Shown: piece by piece, positions 1-7,474 of the stretch
Position numbering within the stretch: the stretch's first letter is position 1
How the letters are laid out: each line of letters starts with the position of its first letter
Virus record (IMG/VR): IMGVR_UViG_3300017777_002275
Location: 1-32,290 of that record
DNA length: 32,290 nucleotides
Source: a virus
Taxonomy: Duplodnaviria > Caudoviricetes
Strand: one strand, 5' to 3'
Position numbers and translations under genes: made by a program
Notes under the pieces: model-generated
Databases searched by the model: none
The model's input: the letters and a program-made list of their open reading frames with translations, nothing else
What the model was told of the DNA's origin: nothing

Positions 1-2
1 CG

Positions 3-467
3 ATTCATATGCTGTGCCACAAGGAAACCGCACCACAAATGCCGCTGGACTACTTGCAGTTGTGGGACTGTTTTTCTGTGAACTGCACAGCGATTGTTTA
101 CGACTACCTGAAAGCGGCACGGGCAAAAGTCGTTCTGAAAGACAAGCAAGAACTATGGGGCGAATACGCGATGTCTTTTGATTGGTACGACAATCCGTAC
201 AGCGACGAACCATCACAGTACAAGTCCCTTCACCTGATACGGTTGGATAACGGCTGCTACACGCTACAGCCAAACAACAGAATATTTTGGAAACATATGT
301 CTTTTGTCACCCGTCCTTTCCCTGAAAATCCAGACTTCAAAGTTGACAATAAAGTGTTCCGATGCGAAGCCGCGAGTGACCGTTGGCTCATTGAAGGGGA
401 AGATGATTCGTACTATTACAGTCTAAAAAATGAAACTGCTGACTGTAATATTCAACCGCTGAAGTAA
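3..467 (+). CDS. Hypothetical phage protein, probably 5'-truncated by the window edge
   Basis: The frame is open from position 3 (ATT CAT ATG...). The LQLWDCFS and QPNNRIFW segments resemble a conserved uncharacterised protein of T4-like phages (recalled, not searched). Confidence 0.7.
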   Translation: MHMLCHKETAPQMPLDYLQLWDCFSVNCTAIVYDYLKAARAKVVLKDKQELWGEYAMSFDWYDNPYSDEPSQYKSLHLIRLDNGCYTLQPNNRIFWKHMSFVTRPFPENPDFKVDNKVFRCEAASDRWLIEGEDDSYYYSLKNETADCNIQPLK

Positions 468-471
468 CGCC

Positions 472-499
472 TTGACACGCACCGTGAGTGGTGTACATT
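472..499 (+). promoter_or_regulatory. Sigma70-like promoter for uvsE, probably leaderless
   Basis: TTGACA (472-477), a 16-bp spacer, then TACATT (494-499). The ATG at 506 follows after 6 nt with no Shine-Dalgarno sequence. Confidence 0.55.
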
Positions 500-505
500 A
501 GCAGC

Positions 506-1435
506 ATGATTCGTCACCTTGGCTACGCCTGTCAGAACCTGTCCCTGTGCGAGGGGCGCAAACCGAAGGATCGGTTCTTCACAGACCGAACCCTGCGGAT
601 GGATCGCTTCAGTCTAGAGCGGGTTGGTGAACTGGGTGCGCGGAACGCCGCTGATCTGCTCCCCATTCTCCAGTGGAATGTGGGCAACGGCATCAGGTTC
701 TTTCGTATCGGCAGCGGGATGTTTCCGTTCATGGATCACCCCACGCTTGGCTACGGGATTGGGCAGTTGCTCCCGCAGCACGAAACCGCCATCCGCGAAT
801 CCCTCAAGAACGCAGGGCAATACGCCAAAGAAAACGGAATGCGCTTATCGTGCCATCCTGGTCCGTACACCTGCATTGCGTCCCCTGACGCAGCCACCGT
901 GGAAAAGAGTGTACAGTGCCTAGCCATGCACTCCCTCATTGCCGACCTGTTGGGCTACGGTGACGAGTTTGCCATCAACATCCACATGGGCGGCGTGTAC
1001 GGCGACAAGCACAAGACCGCTGATCGCTTCCTGCGCGAGTTCTCTCGGCTAGACCCGTCCATCAAGCGGCGGCTCACACTTGAGAACGATGACAAGCCCA
1101 CAATGTGGAGCATGACGGAACTGTACAAAGAAGTTGCCAAGTACTGCACGGTAAAGTTGGTGTTGGACATCCACCACCACCGATTCTGCGCTCGGGAACC
1201 GCTGCGCGAAGCCGCTGATATGGCGTTCAGTACATGGGGTGGGTTCTGCGAGATTCCAAAGGTTCACTACTCGGAGTCCAAGGCGGGAGCGCGACCGCAA
1301 GCCCACTCGGACTACATTTGTGAAGAGATTCCTCTGCTGTCGGATACAGTGCAGTACGATGTGATGATTGAAGCCAAGGCAAAGGACTTGGCACTGCTTG
1401 AGTACAGAAAGGTTCACACCCCATGTTTGGCGTAA
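506..1435 (+). CDS. uvsE: UV DNA damage endonuclease (UvsE/UvdE family)
   Basis: Motifs LGYAC, IRFFRIGS, RLSCHPG, INIHMGG, RLTLENDD, LDIHHH, PKVHYSE, AHSDY and DVMIEAKAKDLA. Start placed at ATG 506 (MIRHLGYAC). Confidence 0.93.
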   Translation: MIRHLGYACQNLSLCEGRKPKDRFFTDRTLRMDRFSLERVGELGARNAADLLPILQWNVGNGIRFFRIGSGMFPFMDHPTLGYGIGQLLPQHETAIRESLKNAGQYAKENGMRLSCHPGPYTCIASPDAATVEKSVQCLAMHSLIADLLGYGDEFAINIHMGGVYGDKHKTADRFLREFSRLDPSIKRRLTLENDDKPTMWSMTELYKEVAKYCTVKLVLDIHHHRFCAREPLREAADMAFSTWGGFCEIPKVHYSESKAGARPQAHSDYICEEIPLLSDTVQYDVMIEAKAKDLALLEYRKVHTPCLA

Positions 1436-1809
1436 TTCTTGCTTCACTGCTGTTTTTGGTTCCTCCCACTGTTGACACCACCGAACTTCTTGATGCCATG
1501 TACACGGTGGAGTCTGGTCGCGGCAAGAGTCTTGTTGGTGACGGCGGCAAGGCGATTGGTCCGTATCAAATTTGGCGCGAGTACTGGCAGGACGCTGTGG
1601 AGTACGACCCTTCCATTGGCGGGAAGTACGAAGACTGCATGAACAAGGCGTATGCCGAAAAGATCATTCGTGCGTATTGGGCGCGTTACGCCCCGAAGGG
1701 TGCGACTGTGGAGCAGTTGGCGAGAATACACAACGGCGGACCACGGGGTCATAAGCGCAGCGCGACTGTGAAGTATTGGAACAAGATTGTGAAAGCGATT
1801 CGGGGGTGA
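1423..1809 (+). CDS. Invertebrate-type (destabilase-like) lysozyme / muramidase with N-terminal hydrophobic signal or anchor
   Basis: VES (putative catalytic Glu), GPYQIWREYWQDA and ARIHNGGPRG match lysozyme-fold, i-type-like motifs. The N-terminus MFGVILASLLFLV is hydrophobic. Confidence 0.8.
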   Translation: MFGVILASLLFLVPPTVDTTELLDAMYTVESGRGKSLVGDGGKAIGPYQIWREYWQDAVEYDPSIGGKYEDCMNKAYAEKIIRAYWARYAPKGATVEQLARIHNGGPRGHKRSATVKYWNKIVKAIRG

Positions 1810-1812
1810 GGC

Positions 1813-2532
1813 GTGCCGTACAAAGATCCTGAAAAAAATAAGGCAGCAACCAAGGCTTGGCGTGAACGCAATCGTGAACGAAGAGCGGCAACAGACAAGG
1901 CTTGGCGTGAACGCAATCCCGAACGGGCAACGGCAACAGACAAGGCTTGGCGTGAACGCAATCGTGAACGAAGAGCGGCAACAGACAAGGCTTGGTATGA
2001 ACGCAATCGTGAACGAAGAGCGGCAACAGGCAAGGCTTGGCGTGAACGCAATCGTGAACGGGCAGCGGCAACAGGCAAGGCTTGGCGTGAACGCAATCGT
2101 GAACGGAGAGCCGAAAAAGATAGAAGACAAAGATGCAGAAAGAGAAATGCATCAATTCACTTGACCGCAAATGAAAACCAACAACTTCTCATTTTAGAAC
2201 GCACTCGCCAAGAACTCCAAAGAGAAACAGGACGAGAGTATCACATAGACCATATTCTTCCAATTGTTCACGGAGGAATACATCACCCCCTCAATTTGAG
2301 AATACTTGATGGTAGAGAAAATGAATCCAAGCAAGATAAACTGCTTCCCGAAGCGATTGCTCTTGCACCCGAACACTTCCGCCTGTATAGTGAGAGGATC
2401 AGCACTGAACGCGCATGGGAGTTTGTGCGACAACTTGCGGAAGGATTGGGATTGGATGAAGACGATTTGGACGCATTAATCACAGGCAAACCACTAAAGA
2501 GCAAGCCAACACTAGAGGATTTTTTCACATGA
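1813..2532 (+). CDS. HNH endonuclease with N-terminal 15-aa tandem repeats (probable freestanding homing endonuclease)
   Basis: HNH motif YHIDHILPIVHGGIHHPLNLRILDGRENESK, six KAWRERNRERRAATD-type repeats and a C-terminal TLEDFFT. Confidence 0.85.
   Translation: MPYKDPEKNKAATKAWRERNRERRAATDKAWRERNPERATATDKAWRERNRERRAATDKAWYERNRERRAATGKAWRERNRERAAATGKAWRERNRERRAEKDRRQRCRKRNASIHLTANENQQLLILERTRQELQRETGREYHIDHILPIVHGGIHHPLNLRILDGRENESKQDKLLPEAIALAPEHFRLYSERISTERAWEFVRQLAEGLGLDEDDLDALITGKPLKSKPTLEDFFT
1842..2110 (+). repeat. 45-bp coding tandem repeat, about 6 copies
   Basis: AAGGCTTGG cores at 1852, 1897, 1942, 1987, 2032 and 2077, an exact 45-bp period. Confidence 0.95.
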
Positions 2533-2924
2533 GCAAGCCATTCGGATATTCGTATTACCTTGATATGTACCGTTGCCGCGCAGGAGCAGCGGATGACTTG
2601 GAACTCCACTACCGCTTTCTTGAGCGCGTGGTGGACAAGATCGGCATGACCCGTATGAGTCAGCCTTTCGTGATCCATGCTCCCACCCACAACGGCGTGG
2701 AGGTGTACCCCAACAAGGCAGGGGTGAGCGGTTGGGTTCCGCTTATTGAGAGTGGCATTCAGATTCACTCCATTGAACCCACCCACTTCATCACGCTTGA
2801 TGTGTACTCGTGCAACAAGTTTGACAAGCAGATCATTCTTGACTACGCACGGGAGTGCTTTGGTTTCCAGCAGCACGAAGAGCGGTTCTTTGAACGCGGC
2901 GTGGGATACGGGGACATTTCCTAA
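2529..2924 (+). CDS. speD: S-adenosylmethionine decarboxylase proenzyme-like protein (pyruvoyl-dependent)
   Basis: GVSGWVPLIES (E-S autocleavage site), IQIHS, ITLDVYSC, C-terminal ERG; 131 aa. Confidence 0.82.
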   Translation: MSKPFGYSYYLDMYRCRAGAADDLELHYRFLERVVDKIGMTRMSQPFVIHAPTHNGVEVYPNKAGVSGWVPLIESGIQIHSIEPTHFITLDVYSCNKFDKQIILDYARECFGFQQHEERFFERGVGYGDIS

Positions 2925-2925
2925 T

Positions 2926-4005
2926 ATGCCCCTGTTTGATGACACACGCAAATCTCTTACCTGTTCCGTTACGGTGGACGACACCGTGCGCGAACTGTCG
3001 GCTGCGTTTGACTACGCATTCGACGGCAGCAGCACGTTCACTGTTCCGGAAATGGGAGCGTGTCCACCAGACTTTGGTATAGGACTCATTGTTGGTCCAT
3101 CAGGCACAGGCAAATCCAGTATGCTTGCCCAATTCGGTGCCGTTACGGATCCAGTGTGGACCCCTGAACTGGCAGTGTGTTCCCATTTCCAGTCCGCAGA
3201 AGACGCACGGGAGCGGTTGAGTGGAGTGGGATTCAACTCCATTCCGTCGTGGATGCGACCGTATCATGTCCTGTCCACGGGTGAGAAGTTTCGTGCAGAC
3301 ATGGCGCGTCGGCTGGGGGACAGCGCGGTGGTGGACGAGTTCACTTCAGTGGTGGACAGGAATGTTGCGAAGTCGTGTGCAAACTCTATTCGCCGCTACG
3401 TGGATCAAAAGGGGTTGAAGGGCTTGGTGTTTGCGTCGTGCCACTACGACATCATTGAGTGGTTGCGCCCTGATTGGGTGTTTGACACCAGCACCAACCG
3501 TTGCGTTGGAAGGGGGTTGGAAAGGCGACCCGAAATTGTCTTGGAAATGCTTCCTTGCGGAAGCGAAGCGTGGTCAATGTTCCGCAACCATCACTATCTC
3601 GACGGAAACCTCAATAAGAGTGCGCGATGTTGGTTGTTCACATGGAACGACAGCCCCATCGGATTCACTTCAGCAATTACTCTTCCGAGCGGAACCTTGA
3701 AACGTGCCTGGCGTGAACACCGAACCGTGGTACTGCCTGACTTCCAAGGCTTGGGGCTTGGTGTGCGCATCTCTGATGCAACAGGCGAAATGTTTACGCG
3801 AGACGGCTGTCGATATTTCTCAAAGACTGCGCATCCCCGCATGGGTGAGTACCGCAATCGTTCGCCACTGTGGAAGCCCACCACAAAGAACGGCATCTCA
3901 AGGCAGGACTACAAGACACGTTTGTCGCGGTTTGAAGGACGATATCAACACAAACACGCTGACAGGGTGTGCTACTCGCATGAGTACATTGGAGGATTGA
4001 AATGA
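2926..4005 (+). CDS. Soluble ABC-type ATPase fused to a C-terminal GNAT/Mom-like acetyltransferase domain
   Basis: Walker A GPSGTGKS, signature LSTGEKFR, Walker B AVVDEFTS and H-loop ASCHYD. The C-terminal part has FRNHHYL and the acetyl-CoA-binding motif RTVVLPDFQGLGLG. Start at ATG 2926, directly after the speD stop. Confidence 0.85.
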   Translation: MPLFDDTRKSLTCSVTVDDTVRELSAAFDYAFDGSSTFTVPEMGACPPDFGIGLIVGPSGTGKSSMLAQFGAVTDPVWTPELAVCSHFQSAEDARERLSGVGFNSIPSWMRPYHVLSTGEKFRADMARRLGDSAVVDEFTSVVDRNVAKSCANSIRRYVDQKGLKGLVFASCHYDIIEWLRPDWVFDTSTNRCVGRGLERRPEIVLEMLPCGSEAWSMFRNHHYLDGNLNKSARCWLFTWNDSPIGFTSAITLPSGTLKRAWREHRTVVLPDFQGLGLGVRISDATGEMFTRDGCRYFSKTAHPRMGEYRNRSPLWKPTTKNGISRQDYKTRLSRFEGRYQHKHADRVCYSHEYIGGLK

Positions 4006-4103
4006 CTTCACGAGACTGGGGACTTACACTGTTGGGTTTTTTACTTGCAAATACCATTACTTTCGTGTGGAAAGAATGGGGACCAAAAAATAGGAGACTG
4101 TAA
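4002..4103 (+). CDS. Small 33-aa single-TM membrane protein (absent from the ORF track)
   Basis: GGAGG SD upstream; MTSRDWGLTLLGFLLANTITFVWKEWGPKNRRL*. ATGA overlap with the upstream stop and TAATG overlap with the next start. Confidence 0.65.
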   Translation: MTSRDWGLTLLGFLLANTITFVWKEWGPKNRRL

Positions 4104-4366
4104 TGAGTGGATTCAAGCCAATTGGAAAATGGATTTGGGTGCAGTCGCACCTCGGCGGACAGACACAGACCGAAGCAGGCATCATCTACAATGAAGTAAT
4201 CCGTTCTCGCTACATTTGGGGTACGGTTGCTGCAATCGGTGATAAACTAACGGAGGACATCCTCGTTGGTGACCGCATCCTGTGGGATCGGACACAGAAC
4301 AAGGGTCAAGGTCACGAAGACAAGGACATGGTGCATCAGGACTGGGTTGCGTTGGTGGAACGATAA
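4103..4366 (+). CDS. groES: GroES/Cpn10-like co-chaperonin
   Basis: FKPIGKWIWV, mobile-loop-like TEAGII, GTVAAIG and VGDRILW; 87 aa; AGGAG SD. Confidence 0.78.
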   Translation: MSGFKPIGKWIWVQSHLGGQTQTEAGIIYNEVIRSRYIWGTVAAIGDKLTEDILVGDRILWDRTQNKGQGHEDKDMVHQDWVALVER

Positions 4367-4374
4367 GGAACACA

Positions 4375-6900
4375 GTGGACTTCTACACTTCCGTTGACAT
4401 TCGTGGCAAGAGTATCCTGTACCGTGGATGGCGAAACGGGCAGAGGCAGCACATCCGTGTGCCGTTCTGTCCCACTCTGTACATTCCCACCCACAAGAGC
4501 GGAACCCAATTCACCACCATTCACGGAAGCCCCGTAGAAGCAATCCAGTTTGACGACATTGGTGAAGCGCGTGAGTTCATTGACCGCTTCAAGGACGTGT
4601 CCAACTACCCCATCTACGGCAACACAAACTTTGTGTACCAGTACTTGTACAAGGAGTTTCCTGGAGAAGTGCAGTACGCGATGGACGGGCTACGTATTGC
4701 CACCATCGACATTGAAACCTCTTGCGAAGGCGGGTTTCCCACACCTGAATCACCCACGGAGAAGGTGATTGCCATTACGGTAACACAGGACGGCAAGACC
4801 TATGTGTTTGGGTTGGGGAATTTCCACATAGAGGGAGAGGGAGTTCAAGCCATCCCATACGATGACGAGCGGGAAATGCTGGAAGGATTCGTCCAGTTGT
4901 GGAAGTCGCTCGATCCGGATATCGTAACGGGATGGAACATTCGGTTCTTCGACATTCCGTACCTAGTGGCACGAATGAATCGTCTTGAAGACGGATGGGC
5001 GAACTCCCTTTCTCCGTGGGGACGGCTGCGCGAGACTGTGGTGAACCGCATGGGACGCGATCAAACGGCGTACGTGATCAGCGGTGTGGCTACCCTTGAC
5101 TACTACGAACTGTACCAAAAGTTCACCTACGTGAAGCAGGAGTCGTACTCACTCAACCACATTTCCAAGGTGGAGTTGGGCGAGGAGAAACTATCGTACG
5201 GTGAGTACGAAACCATTCAAGAGTTCTACACACAAGACTTCCAACGATTCGTGGAGTACAACGTGCAGGACGTTCGGCTTGTGGACAAACTAGAGAGCAA
5301 ACTGAAACTGCTTGAACTAGCCGTAGCCTTGGCGTATTCAGCCCGTGTTAACTTTGAAGACGTGTTCTCCCAAGTGCGTACATGGGATGCCATTATCCAC
5401 CACCATCTCATGGGCAAGGGAATGGTGATTCCGCAGAAGACAGACCACAAGAAGGACGACCAGTACGCGGGTGCGTATGTGAAAGATCCGCTTGTCGGCA
5501 AGCACGATTGGGTGGTGAGTTTCGACTTGAACTCGCTGTATCCCCACCTCATCATGCAGTACAACGTGTCGCCGGAAACAAAGTGTAATGTCACTGCGCG
5601 TGGATCCATTTCTCCTGAACAGGTGCTAACAGGGGATCCTCGGGTAGCGCAAATGACTCGGTTGGCGCAGGAGAAGTGTGTTTCTGTTGCCGCGAACGGG
5701 GTTTCATTCGTGCGCGACCGTCAAGGCTTCTTGCCTGAACTCATGGAGACGATGTACGAAGAGCGCAAGCGGTTCAAGGGGTTGATGATCGCAGCACAGA
5801 AGCGGCTTGAAGCACTGGACAAGAACGCGCCGCTGTCTCAACGACGGGAGATTGAGTACGAGATTTCCAAGTACAAGAACTTCCAGTTGGTGCGCAAGAT
5901 CCAGTTGAACTCTGCATACGGTGCAATCGGCAACGAGTACTTCCGTTTCTTTGATGTAGCCCTTGCGGAAGCCATCACGCTTTCAGGGCAGTTGAGCATC
6001 CAGTGGATTGGTGATGCGATGAACAAGTTCCTTAACCGAATTCTCAAGACCAACGGCGAGGACTACGTGATTGCGTCAGACACTGACTCTGTGTACTTAA
6101 GACTTGGCAAGGTAGTGCAGTCATCCTTCAAGGGTGAACACGACGCGCAAAGGGTGGTGGACTTCTTGGACAAGTTCTGTGAGCGGGTACTCCAACCGCA
6201 GATTGAACGGGAGTTTGCCACCCTTGCGCAGTGCATGAACGCGTACACCAACAAGATGGTCATGGGTCGTGAAGTGATTGCGGAGAAGGGCGTGTGGACT
6301 GCGAAGAAGCGGTATATGCTGTCTGTGTGGGATGCCGAAGGCGTTCGCTACAAGACCCCGAAGTTCAAGATCATGGGCATGGAAACTGCTCGGTCTTCCA
6401 CCCCTGCGTACGTCCGCAAGGCACTGAAGACTGCAATTGAGATGGTTCTCACAAGCGACGAGAGCACATTGCAGGCGTTCGTGAAGAGTACAGAGAGCGA
6501 GTTCAAGGGGCTTTCTGTTGAGGACATCTCGTCGCCCCGCTCGGTTTCTGAAATGGAGAAGTGGCGCAGCAGCACAGCCGTGTACAAGAAAGCCACACCC
6601 ATTGCAGTGAAAGCGGCACTGCTGTACAACAATCTCATAGCCAAGCACAAACTGGGTCGCAAGTACCGAACCATTGGCGAGGGCGAGAAGATGAAATTCA
6701 TCTACCTGAAGACTCCCAATCCAATTCACGAAAGCGTGATTGGATTTCCTACTGCTCTGCCCAAGGAGTTTGGACTGGAGAAATACATTAACCGCGATTT
6801 GCAATTCAATAAAACATTCGTGGAACCACTACGGGCTATTACAGATGCCGTGGGATGGAGTCCCGAAGAAAGAGCAACACTGGATTCCCTGTTTGCGTAA
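4375..6900 (+). CDS. gp43: Family B DNA polymerase, T4 gp43-like
   Basis: Exonuclease motifs DIET, GWNIRFFDIPY and YNVQD; polymerase motifs SFDLNSLYPH, KIQLNSAYG, SDTDS and KKRY; C-terminal clamp-binding-like TLDSLF. GTG start at 4375 after AAGGA. Confidence 0.97.
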   Translation: MDFYTSVDIRGKSILYRGWRNGQRQHIRVPFCPTLYIPTHKSGTQFTTIHGSPVEAIQFDDIGEAREFIDRFKDVSNYPIYGNTNFVYQYLYKEFPGEVQYAMDGLRIATIDIETSCEGGFPTPESPTEKVIAITVTQDGKTYVFGLGNFHIEGEGVQAIPYDDEREMLEGFVQLWKSLDPDIVTGWNIRFFDIPYLVARMNRLEDGWANSLSPWGRLRETVVNRMGRDQTAYVISGVATLDYYELYQKFTYVKQESYSLNHISKVELGEEKLSYGEYETIQEFYTQDFQRFVEYNVQDVRLVDKLESKLKLLELAVALAYSARVNFEDVFSQVRTWDAIIHHHLMGKGMVIPQKTDHKKDDQYAGAYVKDPLVGKHDWVVSFDLNSLYPHLIMQYNVSPETKCNVTARGSISPEQVLTGDPRVAQMTRLAQEKCVSVAANGVSFVRDRQGFLPELMETMYEERKRFKGLMIAAQKRLEALDKNAPLSQRREIEYEISKYKNFQLVRKIQLNSAYGAIGNEYFRFFDVALAEAITLSGQLSIQWIGDAMNKFLNRILKTNGEDYVIASDTDSVYLRLGKVVQSSFKGEHDAQRVVDFLDKFCERVLQPQIEREFATLAQCMNAYTNKMVMGREVIAEKGVWTAKKRYMLSVWDAEGVRYKTPKFKIMGMETARSSTPAYVRKALKTAIEMVLTSDESTLQAFVKSTESEFKGLSVEDISSPRSVSEMEKWRSSTAVYKKATPIAVKAALLYNNLIAKHKLGRKYRTIGEGEKMKFIYLKTPNPIHESVIGFPTALPKEFGLEKYINRDLQFNKTFVEPLRAITDAVGWSPEERATLDSLFA

Positions 6901-6969
6901 ACAGGAAAGGTATATTTCACAGTGGACACACCCGCTACATACGGTAGTGTATGTACAGAAAGGACTGGT

Positions 6970-7296
6970 ATGAGTACTAAGATTTTGAAGATGCGTAGTG
7001 GTGAAGAGGTCGTGGCAGATATGAATGAAACGGTTGACGGAAACTTTTATGCACTGAAGAATCCGTGTATGTTTGTGCCTGTGCGCCGTCCCGAAGGCAA
7101 CAGCCTTGCGATGGTTCCGTGGTCAGCACTCATTGACACCGATCAGACCATTCAGATTCCAAAGGACTCCGTGGTGTTTGTTGCGGATCCCATGACTCAA
7201 CTCCTGAACGAGTACAACTCTGCCTTTGGTGGCTTGGTTGTGCCCACGAAGCCTAACCTTGCCGTGCCGACTCTGAAGTTGGCAGGGGATGAGTGA
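6970..7296 (+). CDS. Conserved T4-like hypothetical protein (small beta-rich, possibly Sm-like)
   Basis: KILKMRSGEEVVA...LKNP...MVPW pattern typical of the small gene next to gp43 in aquatic T4-like phages (recalled). AAGGA SD before ATG 6970. Confidence 0.7.
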   Translation: MSTKILKMRSGEEVVADMNETVDGNFYALKNPCMFVPVRRPEGNSLAMVPWSALIDTDQTIQIPKDSVVFVADPMTQLLNEYNSAFGGLVVPTKPNLAVPTLKLAGDE

Positions 7297-7474
7297 TCTG
7301 AAACCACAAAACAGAGAGTACCTGAAGAGCCTCCTGGAGGCTCGACAGGTCTTTCTGCGTGACGAAGTGAAGCGGTTGTTGCTGGACAAACACGGCAGTC
7401 TGGGTGACATCCGCAAGTGTGAAGACGAACTGGACTGGGCAGAGCAAGCAAAAACTGAACTGGAGAGACTATGA
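7289..7474 (+). CDS. Small helical hypothetical protein
   Basis: 61-aa ORF that overlaps both neighbours and fills the gap before uvsX; GGGG upstream. Confidence 0.65.
   Translation: MSDLKPQNREYLKSLLEARQVFLRDEVKRLLLDKHGSLGDIRKCEDELDWAEQAKTELERL

Noticed and set aside
1842-2110. 45-bp periodic repeat as a CRISPR array
   Set aside because: The units are contiguous with no unique spacers, are in-frame within the HNH ORF, and no cas operon is present.
1444-2170. Long antisense and alternate-frame ORFs over the repeat
   Set aside because: They are stop-free shadows of the tandem repeat and lack SD or domain motifs.
2926-4005. ABC transporter
   Set aside because: There is no permease or substrate-binding gene, and the ATPase is fused to an acetyltransferase domain.
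4282-4374. Upstream N-terminal extensions in the ORF track (also at 2746, 6922, 11927, 18615, 20726, 22904, 24007, 29816)
   Set aside because: They overlap neighbouring genes or regulatory elements; downstream starts have better SD, promoter or coupling support.
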